DNA from: Heteronotia binoei
Taxonomy: Eukaryota
DNA: 64,000 nucleotides
Direction of reading: 5' to 3'
Assembly (NCBI RefSeq): GCF_032191835.1
Contig: NC_083225.1
Location: forward strand, 99,138,001 to 99,202,000
The notes under the pieces were generated by a model that saw only the letters and a list, made by a program, of their open reading frames with translations, was not told where the DNA came from and ran no database searches. Positions 34,450-46,862 of this stretch are shown here, one piece after another. How positions within the stretch are numbered: the first letter of the stretch is position 1; each line of letters starts with the position of its first letter. The position numbers and the translations under genes are program-made.

Positions 34450-34726
34450 CTAAGAATGGAACAGAGAAATATGGAAAGTAATTTGCATATTATAATGAAC
34501 AAACTGTGTTTTCAGGTTAATGACACAAGCAATTACGGAAAATATGAACAACTTCCTCCCTCCCCATACTCTGGCAGCTCCACATCATGAGTGTACCAGT
34601 CAAGTTCAGCAGAAATCATAGGCCTTTACTTTGATTTATAGTAGGATCCACCTAAAAGCAAGCACATTGCTAAATCTGGTAAAGCCACATTCCTGCATTT
34701 GTGTGTCTAAGATACCTGCATTTACT

Positions 34727-34870
34727 TAAATGCAGCACTAGAGCCAGAGTGTTCTCGGTAACAGCCCCCACTTTGTGGAATGCCCTCCCCGAAAACATCA
34801 GGGCCCTGTGGAACCTGCCACAGTTCCATAGGGCCTGTAAGACCAAACTTTTCAAATTCGCCTTTAATGG
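34727..34870 (+). mobile_element. L2-type LINE 3' fragment
   Basis: Similar to 51720-51860 (gggccctg..., gggcctgtaagacc). Confidence 0.65.
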
Positions 34871-35649
34871 TTAGGGAAAGGTGGCTATTACCTTCAACAT
34901 CAACAATCTCACTGAATTAATATAATGGAAATCAGAGGCTTGCCATCGTGGATTTTTAATATATATGGAAATGTTTTCATATTTCTAATTTTAATATGTT
35001 TGTAAATTGTTAATGTTTTAAACTGTTGCTAGCCACCCTGAGCCTGTCAGGGGAGGGCGGGATATAAATCTGATAAATAAATAAACTACCTTGGGAGAAT
35101 GGAAGTGAGGAAGGAGCCAGGCATGTGTATAACTCAGGCAATATTTCTGAGTTCATGAACATTCTTGTTTCACTGTGGTTAAACTTATGGTCTGAATGCA
35201 GCCTAAAGGAAACCAAACTTATAATTTATGATTAATCTAAAATGGAATTCTTGAGAGGCAGTCCTAGGTAGGTGTGGAGGTGTGGCAAGGGTGGGACAAT
35301 TCATCATCAAAAGACCATGGGAACACAAATTATAATTTTTCTGTGAAACAGATTTCACTATGTGAATGTTTCATATAGTAAAAAGCATATATGTATGGCA
35401 TACTTTTACTTAAAGATTCATGTGCCAGTTGTAAAAATCTGCATTCATCTGATGTGAAAAGCACAATTTTTTCTCCTTACACAAGACAAACATTTTGTAA
35501 AGAAGCATTTTATTCAGTAACAGGTTGTCCATTAAGACAGCATGTCTTAGATGAAACCTGCAAATTATGTTTTATAATTTAATAGACGTTAATGAACATT
35601 AATATTCAGTAACAAGGTACTCTATGAAAACTTACATTCCATATAAAAC

Positions 35650-35900
35650 TTTATTGGTCTTAAAAGTGATATTTGACTCCTGCTTTGTTCTACTTCTTCA
35701 GACCAACATGGCTGCCCACCTGGGATCCATGCCCACATGGATCTAAATACTTTTAAATACTGTAACTTTTCAAAAGATAGTTTCAGAAGATTTGCAGCAA
35801 AACAGCTAGATTTAAATTGAGCACCTTAGAGACTCTCAAAAGCTCATACTTCAAATTTTTTCTGGGTCTCTAAGATGCTGCTGGACTCAAATCAAGCTGT
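35650..35900 (+). mobile_element. Penelope-like pseudo-LTR fragments
   Basis: ttggtcttaaaagtg...cagaccaacatggctgccc and ctctcaaaagctcatac motifs shared with 8700-8923 and 46863-47120. Confidence 0.55.
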
Positions 35901-35974
35901 TACATTTCAAAGAGACACATTCTACCCCACACAAAAACAATATAAAGACAGTGTGAATGTAATCTGCGAAGTAC

Positions 35975-36098
35975 CTAACAACCATGCATATAACCTTCTG
36001 TTCAGGGACATGTCTCTTCTTAAGAGAGTCTGGGCAGAAGCTGAGAGAAGACGGACTACATCAGACCTAGACAGTGGTATAGCACTTTCACTGAGATC
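35975..36098 (-). CDS. DOP1B: DOP1B coding exon ([42 protein letters not shown])
   Basis: 124 bp, ttttag|GAT...TTAG|gtact; contains the Dopey motif [18 protein letters not shown]. Confidence 0.97.
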
Positions 36099-37077
36099 CT
36101 AAAACAAGAAACAGAAACAAATCATCTGTACATGCACTCTTTAGAAGCAGAAAGGAAACCCAGAAACCAATAAAACCTTAATACTATGGGGAAAACACTA
36201 GCAGAGAGAATTAGAAAGCCTGAAAATCTTTGAAATTTGACAGAGCCATAATAGTAGGTATTCTTCATGCTCAGCATACAACAGGAATGTCTGGAGACAA
36301 AGCATTTTCAGCCTTCCCATCTTTTTATTTATCTCTTGACTCATTCCATAGTAAATTTAGTTATGAAAAGGTAAAGCAATATGATGGCTGAGTTACGTGA
36401 AAAGCTGCCATTTTATCCCTTTGTTTTATTTATCCCATAGCATGATACAATTCAGAAACAGATTCCACCCCTTTGAGTGAGCCTATATGTTATCTGCATA
36501 CATAAGAAATGTATGAAGACTTAGTAACAGAGGGGCAACCAAATGCAGCGAATACAAGAAACAGTACTGCAATTAAACCAAAGGAAAGAAGTGTCCAGTT
36601 TCATCAGATGTTCAATAGCAGCATAATGGACAAAATAGGAGCCTGCAATTAAAAGAGGGAAATCAACCCTCAGCAAAAACAGGTAGGAGTAGAATGTTTA
36701 GGATTCTTTAGTGATGTGAATCAATTTCTTATTTACAGAACAAGTTCTAAAAATTTACATATGCCTGCAACTCTACAGGAACAACGGTACCATCAAACAT
36801 AGCTCTGCCACCAAGTTTTTTTTCTGTTCCCCAATGCATATTTTCCACTGACATATTTTATGCTACCTGTTGTTAGATACAGGATACCAATGCTAATTAG
36901 AGCTGATACCTTTAAGATAAATTCTATTACAAAAAACCCACTATAAGGGTTGAGAATATAGGCTTTATATAAACAACAAATACCACATCTGGTGATTCAG
37001 CACTGGCCCTGCAAATTGCTCTTGGTATTTATGTGCCTGTAAAATAAACCTTATATTGAACCTCAACTAATGCTTAC

Positions 37078-37176
37078 CAAAGATGTGTAAAGAGGGAAGA
37101 AGAAGAGAACCACCTCTAAAGTGTTTCTTTGTACAAGAACATTTGTATCCAGCATGGCCACACAAAGAGCTCTGAC
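37078..37176 (-). CDS. DOP1B: DOP1B coding exon ([33 protein letters not shown])
   Basis: 99 bp, ctgcag|GTC...TTG|gtaagc; translated by hand, not in ORF track. Confidence 0.95.
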
Positions 37177-37909
37177 CTGCAGTGAACAGTTTAAAAAAGG
37201 AGAATTGCATCTAACAAAGCTGATTCAACACCATTCAAATTAATCAACTGTAAATTCAAAGCTTTCCGAGGCTTTAGGTGGTTAAAAAGACCCCTAGCAC
37301 TTTCATATTACCCCTTTATGTTTCCACATAAGCCTAAACTTTATGAGACTGGCACCTCTGAGTAAAAAGAAAAAACGCCAGAGTTAAATACTCATAACCT
37401 CAAGCGGCACAAATACATCAATATTCTTGCAAAACAGTGGGAAAATGAACCACTTACCCTAAATTCAAAATACTACAACAACTTTGTTTTCCTGCACCTT
37501 TAAGACCAACAAAGTTTTATTCAGAAAGTAAGCTTTTCTGTGCTAAAAGCACACTTCTTCAAATGAGGGAATAAGGTACATTGCTTCCAGTTTTATTCTG
37601 GCAGACTTTAACCTTTAAAACCCTTACCTGTCAAGTTAAATAACGTAAGGCGGCAAAATGTTAACTTCTTCCTTCATGATACAATAAGTCATGAAGGGGA
37701 AATCAAGTTCCTGTAATTTTTTTAGCTAACTCCACATCAAACTTAACATAACTAATTTGGTTTCTAGCTATACTGAAATTCAAGACATCTGATGTAGTCC
37801 TACACTGAAGAAGTGTGGCTTCTGAACTTACTGTTCAAAGATGGAGTGGAAGAGTCAGTTTCTCTTGTGTAATCTAATACAGACATTTGTCACAGTATAG
37901 AAAATCTTC

Positions 37910-38741
37910 TGTGGAGAAACGCCATCTTAGTTAATGGTGGTGCTTGGTTGGGAGGGAACATGAAACTGCTAAGGCAGGCTTTGTGGCCTAGCCTTCCCTT
38001 CACTCCCTCCTCCCTTCCGGAGTTAAACCATCACCTCTAGGGGGAAAGCCTCCTAGATGGGCAGGAAGTTCTTTTTTTTTAATTGGAGTGAGGCAGGAAA
38101 AGTTCAGTTCTTGGCTGGCCCTCAAGGAGAGAGGTTGTCAGTCTGTGGGCTCCTGACTGTGGGAGAGGCCTTCTCAAGAGGGAGAGGAGGAGTGGACTCC
38201 AGGCAGTCAAACCAAGGAAGTCATCCACAAGGCAGGGCAAGTTTAGACCAGGGAAGGGAGGATGCGTTTAAATCCACCTTTTATTTGTCCTTCTGGTTGC
38301 TGTTTGGGTGCTGTGCTAAACTTTTACATACAACTGCTTTTGTTTTTTTCTTTTCTTTTTCTCTTCTAATTAAATATTTTTACTGTTTTGAATGCTGGCA
38401 GTCAAACTTTGTACCACATAGATCCCCAACCGCTTTAGACCACGCTGCTTTATGAAGGAGGCCCCGGGGAAGGGGGAAGGCATGTAGTTGGATAAGGTGC
38501 CAATCCTCCAGGGGTTCCCCGAAGAAGTGCTGTGGTCTCTGTGATACCCAAGTACAAGGTGGCAGAGGACCTTGAGGCCTGGCCTCAGAGCTGGAGAGGG
38601 GGATTGGGAGTCCTGTTCCTCTCAATCCGAACCCCTAGACTGAGCAGGTGGTGGCAGCGAGCCCAAGTGGCCAGAGGAGAAATAGCTCCCTCCAAAAAGG
38701 GGAACGGGGTCTGGTAGGCAAACCAGGGCCGTTCCGTCACA
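37910..38741 (+). mobile_element. Solo LTR (832 bp, probably Gypsy-type)
   Basis: TG...CCGTCACA ends; perfect 5-bp TSD tcttc (37905-37909, 38742-38746). Confidence 0.85.
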
Positions 38742-39070
38742 TCTTCTCCATGTGAGAAACAGAACCCTGTGCAAGTCAGAGCCTATTCTGCAATTGCAAG
38801 CTGTTTCACAGAGCTAACTGTATCTTATGCAAAACATATTTAACACCACCACACACAAGAGCCTGAGCATTCTAAAGATTAAATTTTGTTAGTCTTTAAG
38901 GTGCTACTGAACTCTTACTCTTTTTCATTTCTCGTAAAGTTCTCCCTCATTTTCTGCAATCATGCTGGGGACAGCTACACAACTTGTTGTGGACCCCGAG
39001 CACTATTGATAAAGTGAATATACTGTTTAAAAAAGCCAGCTCCATACACATTTCCCTCTGCTAGTTGGGG

Positions 39071-39244
39071 AAAAGGTAAAGGTTGTCCCGTACAAGCACC
39101 AGTCATTTCTGACTCTGGGGTGATGTCGCATCACGATGTTTTCATGACAGACATTTCAGGGGGTGGTTTGCCATTGCCTTCCCCAGTCATCTACACTTTC
39201 CCACTCTGCGCCACTCAGCTTTCCCACTCTGCGCCACGGGGCTC
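39071..39244 (-). mobile_element. Sauria SINE, internally deleted
   Basis: (ACCTTT) tail, ggggtggtttgccattgccttcccc body, gagccccgtggcgcagag head; TSD tgctagt(t/a)ggg. Confidence 0.85.
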
Positions 39245-39249
39245 AGTGC

Positions 39250-40191
39250 TAGTAGGGAACATGCAGGCAATAGTTCTGAGCAAGGAGTTAAAAGCTTTAG
39301 CTGAAGGAAGCAACCATAGTCACTTTATTTCACCCCAATATGAACATCAACAAATCCCTCTCCCAATGGTTCCTAAGGGGCAAAAGGAAAAACAAATCAG
39401 TTGGCAGGCAGAAAATCAAAATAAACAATCTCTAAATAACAGGCTGAATTATTATAAACAAATATAACACTGGCAGGCTTTAGATAAATACAAAAAAGTT
39501 TTGGACGGGCAGGCAGTGCCTACTGGGCACTAAAAACGCTTTGCAGAGATGGTATCGCCATATGCTCTGACTTCTCTAAATCATAAAAATAACAAACTGA
39601 CATTCACTCTTCCACACACACTGAGGACTCCTGACTTGTGCTAGATCACTTTTCCCTCACAGACATACCCACTAGCTCACCGGACTCACACTCTAACTAG
39701 CCCCTCAACTCCTGGTGTGTCTCAGTCCCAGCTAGATTCCTAGTTTGACTCCTGGAATTCCTTTCTAGCCACAAGAATCCTGTCACAGTATTTGTGTATT
39801 GGAGTGTTCTCAGTTTACACTAGGAGTCTGCCCTGTTGTGCAGAACCCTACAGAGTTTCTCCTCACAGAAGGTGCCTGGCTATGACCCCTTTCTGACCAA
39901 AAACTCACTCAGACAGGAAGCTTAGCCCAGTTCTGTCTACCAAGGAACTCAGCCCCACTGGCTGTTCTCAGCTCCTTGTCCAGTTGCTTTACATCACAAC
40001 TGACCAGCTTAAGTATCAGTCTTCACACTGTTCAGTAGTTAAGCCCCAATTCCAGACTAACTTTCTGAGGCATTTTCTCTTTTCTGCAAGCCCCTTCAAT
40101 TCACTACATTCTCATTTCCATAGCTGCTGCCCAGCCAATCTCTGCAAGACTGTTCTCCAGCTTCCAGGCTAACTTGCCAGAGTCCGTCACA
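39250..40191 (-). mobile_element. Probable solo LTR; left boundary approximate
   Basis: Minus strand starts TGTGACGG at 40191, as at 6247; AATAAA on minus near 39325; no TSD confirmed. Confidence 0.5.
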
Positions 40192-40375
40192 GTGCCACTA
40201 GACTCCAACTTTGTCCTATTACTTGTGTAGTCTGTAAGTGTTAATCAGCATTAAACCAGAAAAAAGAATACAAAAAGTTATTTAAAAACAAAATTAATCT
40301 AGAATTTGCCTGTTCATCTGCATTGTCCATTGTTTAGTTATACATCCCATCCACATGATTAGGTTTATAACTTAC

Positions 40376-40565
40376 CGTTAGTTTAGCATCAGTCCCCAGC
40401 ATGTAATTCTGATGTCTTCCGGGCAATTCTCTATTGATATGACTAACAACAAAGAGGGATGCAGGCAGTCTTATGGAAGGACTGACCAGGACACTCCCCC
40501 ACAGTGCTGAATAGAACAATTCTTTACCGATTAGGAGAGACAGTTTCACAAGTAAAGCATCTGTT
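40376..40565 (-). CDS. DOP1B: DOP1B coding exon ([36 protein letters not shown]...GTDAKLT)
   Basis: 190 bp, taacag|AACA...ACG|gtaagt. Confidence 0.96.
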
Positions 40566-41559
40566 CTGTTAATTAAGAAGAAAAATATAAGTTTCTATAA
40601 TTAATAAGTAAACATTCTACATGAAAAACCAAATACTTGTACATATCTAATATTTTATATAAATATTTCTGATATTATCAGAGCTCACTGATGTTGAAAT
40701 AATAATTAGCGACCTGTTAGGTAATTCAACCATGATGTACTACCATTATTCACTACACCAAGAAGAATGGGCTCCCACATGAACACAGAATTAGAGTTAA
40801 CTTAAATTTTATAGAAAATTATTCTATGGTTTCCCTGTAGTTATTCTGTTAATGTCTCAGAAACACTATAACCCCAGAAACTATAACTATGTTCCCCAGA
40901 AACACTATAACCAATTAATAAACCAAAGGACAATGGTTAGGTGGGAAACTCAGCAATACCCCACCAGCAATACCCCACCAGCCGCCCTGAGCCATTTTAT
41001 GGGAAGGGCGGGATATAAGTCATAGAATAAATAAATAAATAAGAAATGGTAAATCAGGGGTATAAGTCTGTTTTTGGATGAGAGTGTGAGTTTATATTCC
41101 AGATAATTTGTTATTATTTCACCTGAGTTGTTCTAGGTTCTTACTGCTGTTTCTTCTCTGAGCATGGTTTTATGCAGCCTGCTACCTTCTCTACTCACTT
41201 ATGAGACAGATATTCAAACTGAAAAGCAATAGATGACATTAAGAATGCAAAAGGGAAATTGTTTCTAGAACTATGCTGAGGAAAAGTTGTATTGTAAGGA
41301 GAAAACTGCAGCATATTAATCCATGATTGAAATAATCTTGTCTTCTCCTCCTCCATAAAATTTATATCCCGCTTCCTCTCCCCTGAATGGGACTCAAGGG
41401 GACTAACAGCATATAAAATAAACCAAATAAAAACAATATAGAAGAAAATAATAAGCTTTGAAAATCTATCCCTATTAATCTCTATCCACTATCAAGCAGG
41501 GTAGGATGAGCAGATGATGAAGACACCTACCAGTTGTCTAGTGGATCACAATCCCCCAA

Positions 41560-42125
41560 AGGCCACCCAAAAACGAGTAGCCTTGAACACCCTGGAGAAC
41601 CTAGGGATGTCCCACATAGCATGCACCTTGTGATGTAGTTAGTTCCACAGGATAGAGGCTACTACCGAAGAAGGCCCTCACTCTTTTTGACACAAGGCAG
41701 ACCATTAATACCGTAAATGCCAAGAAGAAGATTGTAGAAGATGGGGAAGATGATGCTGGGAGAAGTGGCCCTGAAGGTATGAGGGTCCCAGACCATTTAG
41801 GGCTTTAAAGCTAAGTACGAATACTTTGAATTGGCACCAGAAACTAATTGATAGCCACTGCAGGTGCCATAGGGTAGGTGTTATATGCAGTGACCAAGAC
41901 ATTCCCATCAGCAAACTGGCAGCTGTGTTCTGGCACACTTGCAGTTTCCAAAGCATCTTCAAAGGTAGCCCTATGTAGAACGCATTACAGTAGCCCAGTC
42001 CTGAGGTGACTGCTGCATAAATTACTATGGAAAGGTCCTCCCAAGACAGATAGGGAACCAGCTGGCGGGCCCAGCATACATAGTAAAGCTCAATCTTTGT
42101 CATAAAGGACACATTTGTCCTTAGA
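41560..42125 (-). mobile_element. Degenerate L2-type LINE fragment
   Basis: ORF 41705..42112 (YAAVTSGLGYCNAF, KLQVCQNTAASLL, HLQWL). Confidence 0.8.
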
Positions 42126-43036
42126 GAGTAAAGAATTGAGCCATACTCCCAAATTCCTAATAGAACCCACTGATATATTGCTTTTATTGTCCATGTATCT
42201 CTTGTTTCTATTGTCTTTCAGGGGGCTCTAGCCATTGAGTTTCAGAGATACAAGAGAAAGGAAACAAAAAGGTTTACTTAAAAAAAATAAAAGCTAAAAA
42301 TGTAGAGGAGCTAGTGGATTGCGGCAATAGACTGTTGTAATGTTTTACCTATCAAGCAATAACAATTTTTTTAAAAAGCCAAAAATAGTCCTCTGGTGGC
42401 TACAAGGACCAAGGAAAATAAAACTTGTGGCTACTAGCCACAAGCAGCCATTTACTTCTTGAAAACTTTGGTAGGAATTAGTCTCGGAATTTTGAAAATT
42501 TTAAAAATTTCCTTCCAACTGTCAATTCCTTAGACTACCACATTGTAAATTGTCAATTCTTAGAAAACTCACGACCTAGAAAGGCAGGCATATTTTGAAC
42601 AAAAGCCAGTTATATTGTGTGAATTTAAATGATATAAGGAACTGAGGTGTTTTTGTCTTCTAAACAGGAAAGGTTTAGTTGGTGAAAAGGAGAGACTTCT
42701 TGGCTTAGGAAATGACAAAGGTAATTAAGGGAAGTGACTCACAAGTGTGAGCCATATGTCTCCAGTGCAGTCATAACAGGGACTTTAAACAAGCTGCTGC
42801 CTGAGTCTCAGCCTCTTATTTGCATTATGAGTGACAAACTATATAAGGATTCCATGGAAAAACACATGAAGCTATACAAAACCTTAAAATCACAACCATA
42901 ATGCCAAATATTACTTCAACATGCTTTGCAAGTATAAGATAACAGAAAAACAAGTAAACAGCATTAAGAAAAAATATCTTCTCAAGACCTTGGGGAGTTA
43001 CTGTCTATTACTGAGAGCCAGCTGCTCATTACTGAG

Positions 43037-43170
43037 AGCCAGTATGGTGTAGTGGTTGAGAGCAGCCAGCTGGCTGAAGATCACCTTACTCTTCCATGTG
43101 AAGCCTGCTAGGTAACCTCTGGTCAGTCACAGCTCTCTCAGGGTTCTCTCAGCCCTAGCTACCTCACAAG
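43037..43170 (+). mobile_element. Partial Squam3-type SINE
   Basis: agccagtatggtgtagtggttg head; ctctcagcc...cctcacaag body. Confidence 0.6.
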
Positions 43171-44494
43171 ATGACTAACTACCTATCCCATCTAAGTCTT
43201 AAAACCAATAGCCTGTTTGACCAGAAAAAGACAACAATATAACAACAAAGTTATTGCTGTTCACAATTCATCAAAAACAAATGACATTTAATTGCAGCTA
43301 CTATATATTTGCACACATCTATATTAAAATACAGCTCCACTAACAGAGTAATTAAATGATCATTAGAAGAGCAAACAGGCTTCTTATTCAGATGAGGATC
43401 CAGAAATTTTCATTGCAGATCTGAATAAATTACACAGAAAAAGAAGAAATGCTCAATAGCTTCTACTGAAGACTTATCACAGGTACAAACTCTAGATCCC
43501 CTTTCTTGGCTTGTAAATAGTCCATGTAAGACAGCAAGTAAAGTGAATTCATTCTTGAAAAAAAAAACCTCTGGTACCATAGTACTATAATACTATAGAA
43601 ATAATATGGTAACTGATATTGATTAAAATATGAATATCCAAAGTACACGGACGAACATATGCACCACTTCCCTATATCCCATTCTTCTGCCACAAGGTGG
43701 CTACTAACCAAACTATAAGCACCAGTCTTCCCTAAAGCCAGAAGGGAGCAGCAGCGGCACTATGATACCAGCCCAAGGACGGCACCCCAGGCAAGGCACT
43801 GCTGCAGCTCCAATGCCAGCACTGGCAAGGGTGAGCGCAGCTGCAGTGAGGTTCCCGGTGTCAGCGTGCATGCCACTACTGCCCACCGTTGCTTTGCCTC
43901 TCACGTCTGTGACACGAGAGACAGAGCGACAGCAGAAGCAGCAGCACGCACGCTGACACCGGGAGCCTCACTGTTGCTTCTAAGTGAACTATTTCAGTCC
44001 GCTTTGAAGCTCCGGTGGGAGGGAGGGCCCAAACCGCCGCCCTCTCCCCAGCTCAGCGCTCCAGACAGCTGCCTACTCCGGCTCAATGGACGCACCGGGC
44101 CTGGAAGAGAGTCACAATCCAAATCAAGTGAATTCAGCTTATCTGTGAGCTTGGTCTTTTGGCTAGGAAAGCATCCTCACAAGATGACTGTTCTGGGGTT
44201 GACTGTTGAATAGCCTCCTGCTTCTACATCATGTTTTTTTTGCTGTAGACTTACATCTATCCCTCCCTGTTTGCAGGTGGAAGCACTGCAGTCAAATGGT
44301 GTTTCTGCGGCCACTGCCAGATACTGAAAGAACATTCTAACTTCAGAATTACATGCCCCTACCCTTCTTGTGTCTATTTCAGTTACTTGCACTGTTCTAT
44401 CACACAAAAGCAATTTAAAGACTTTGAGCACTTCACAAATAAACAGAAAGATATTAATACGTAATTTTATTTTTTTCTAATACATTATGCCAAC

Positions 44495-44665
44495 CTGTCA
44501 TAGATTTCTGACCCTTCCTCCAATCCAGGCAAAAGTCCAATTATGAAGGCTTGAAGACTTGGCAGAAGAGACTTCTGTATGGGAAGGAAATATTTCTCAT
44601 ATAGACCAAGAAGAACTGGTCTCACCGACATTGCTGCATTTGCCAGCAGGGGAAACAAACCAGAG
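44495..44665 (-). CDS. DOP1B: DOP1B coding exon ([28 protein letters not shown]...[11 protein letters not shown])
   Basis: 171 bp, ccag|CTCT...GACAG|gttgg; phase-compatible with the previous exon across a 127-bp intron. Confidence 0.96.
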
Positions 44666-44792
44666 CTGGGGAAGGGAGGGAAAAAAAGAGAAATTATAAT
44701 TTTTAAAAGGGGAAAAAAATATATCACCAAGCGGATAAATTCTATCAAGTTTAATTTCAATCTAATCTCTTTAAATAGGGGGGAAACCCTAC

Positions 44793-44974
44793 CTGTATAG
44801 GAATAAGTCCTTTGCAAGCCATTTGGTCCCAATAATTTTAAATATGACCTCATATGTCTCTAGTGCCTTTAAGTGCACTCCACTAGGTAAAGCTGGATGC
44901 AAACACTGGGACAATCTCTTGCTGATAATCAAGCGTCTTGGTAAAAGAGAGTACTTCAAATTACTTTGAAGAGC
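44793..44974 (-). CDS. DOP1B: DOP1B coding exon (first one in window; [60 protein letters not shown])
   Basis: 182 bp, tttttacag|GCT...TACAG|gtagg; matches the Dopey_N domain of human DOP1B as recalled; phase 0 to 2. Confidence 0.97.
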
Positions 44975-45295
44975 CTGTAAAAACAAAGAAAATGCTGAGG
45001 GAAGGGAATACCATAATTACATGCTTAGCAGAATACACTTAACAGAATCTTGGAGAACTGATATAAAGTCACTCTTTTCAAGACGTAGCTCTGCCATGAC
45101 CAAGTTCATAACCCCATACTCAATTACTTTTTAAGTCTTGCCCCCATTTTTCAAAATTAAGTACAGAATCAGTAGTCTTAAACAACTGTTGCTCCTAGTG
45201 ATACAACTGGTTTGCTGAAAGTCAAACACCACAAGCTTACCTGAGAATAAATGAAACACAGGGTGTCACACTGTTCCTCAGAAAATGGCTGTGAT

Positions 45296-45520
45296 GTCCC
45301 TGAGCTGGATAGACCAGGCAAGTCTGATCCTGTCAGATCTCAAAAGCTAAGAAGGGCCAACCCTGGGAAGTACTTGGATAGGGGACCTCCTTGGACTATC
45401 AGGAACGGGAGGCAGGGGCAGGCTATATCAAGCCACTTCTCTGAACCTCCTCCATGCCCCAGTAGGGGTCAACAAAAGTCACCATGACTTCCAGGCTCGT
45501 GTACGCGGGCACATGTACAC
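45296..45520 (+). mobile_element. 5S rRNA-derived SINE, copy 3
   Basis: agctaagaagggc (box A-like) and agtacttggatagggacc (box C-like). Confidence 0.8.
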
Positions 45521-46109
45521 AAATATGAAATGGCTGTGATGCTCCAGCTGAATGAAGCCTGTGCAATACTCAACAGTCCCCCAGTGTGTAAACACAGCTG
45601 GATGAATAGGAGAATACTGTGGCTATGCAGCCCTTGAACACAAGCAGTACATAACTGAAAAGCTGCTCATTGTAAATTGCAAGTTTAGCAACAGTTTCAA
45701 AGTTATTTTTATTTTACAAATTTAGACAGGAGATCATGGGTTTAGTTAACTTTCAAATATATACCTATTCAATATTATTTTGCTTTATGGTTGATGAATT
45801 AAGCTACTACAGACTGCCAGCAGTTTGAGACTTTGGCTAGTTACTTTTGCAGCTAGACTGAACAAGTCATACACATCTGCTCCCCCTCACCCTCAGCTTG
45901 ATGAAAGTCTAACTTCTATAGCAAACGTTCTTCTTATTAAAGCATTATAGAAAAATAAAACTTAATTTAAGGAAGACTGTCATATTCTGTCTGTTGTGGT
46001 GAGAATTCCATGCACCAAAGTATGTGGTACTAATACAGTGTAAACTAAGGGTAGACAGTGGTTAATAACCATTTATGAAGAGAACTTTAAACAGAACACT
46101 CAAATGGAT

Positions 46110-46338
46110 CGGGTTGCCAGGTCCCCACTGGAATGGGATGGGGGAGTAACACTGCCAGATACAGGTTGGGAAACTCCTGGAGATTTGGAGATGGAGCCTG
46201 GGGAGGACAGGGACCACAGTGCCATAGAGAACACCCTCCAAAGCACCCATTTTCTCCAGGGAGACTGATCTCTATAGTTTGGAGTTGACCTGCAATTCTG
46301 AGGAATCCCCAGGTCCCGCCTGAAGGCTGGCATCCCTA
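46110..46338. mobile_element. Non-autonomous DNA transposon (MITE)
   Basis: TIR gggttgcca / tggcatccc; superfamily uncertain. Confidence 0.6.
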
Positions 46339-46405
46339 AATGGATCAGTGAAATATACTACAATAATCTCTTTCATTGACTGACCTAACTGTAAGGTTGA
46401 ATTTA

Positions 46406-46699
46406 AAAAGGTAAAGGTAGTCCCCTGTGCAAGCACCAGTTGTTTCTGACTCTGGGGTGATGTTACTTTCACGTTTTCACAGCAGACTTTTTACGGGGTG
46501 GTTTGCCATTGCCTTCCCCAGTCATCTACTCTTTCCCCCCAGCAAACTGGGTACTCATTTTACCGACCTCGGAAGGATGGAAGGCTGAGTCAAGCTTGAG
46601 CCGGCTACCTGAAAACCCAGCTTCCGCCAGGATCAAACTCAGGTTGTGAGCAGAGCTTAGGACTGCAGTACCACAGCTTTACCACTCTGCACCACAGAC
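46406..46699 (-). mobile_element. Sauria SINE, near full length
   Basis: (ACCTTT)n tail, ctgggtactcattttaccgacctcggaaggatggaaggctgagtcaa body; TSD tgaattta. Confidence 0.9.
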
Positions 46700-46862
46700 T
46701 GAATTTAGATGTTTTCTAATCACAGCTTGCGTTGAATAGACTCTAATTAATTAATCTTCCAGCATGTAACTATCATGGTGAACTGGAGCCAGATAAAGCT
46801 GGAACCCAGATTCATGCACTAGGGAATGCTGAAGGGTACATGCAGACACAACAATAAACTAT

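Noticed and set aside
34131-35323. Two similar ~45-bp segments (34131-34172, 35274-35323) flanking a DOP1B exon
   Set aside because: Short, direct orientation, probably old repeat debris; no evidence of a role.
37452-37462. Strong minus-strand donor-like site (GGGTAAGTGG)
   Set aside because: The DOP1B frame is complete without another exon, and no paired acceptor or ORF was found.
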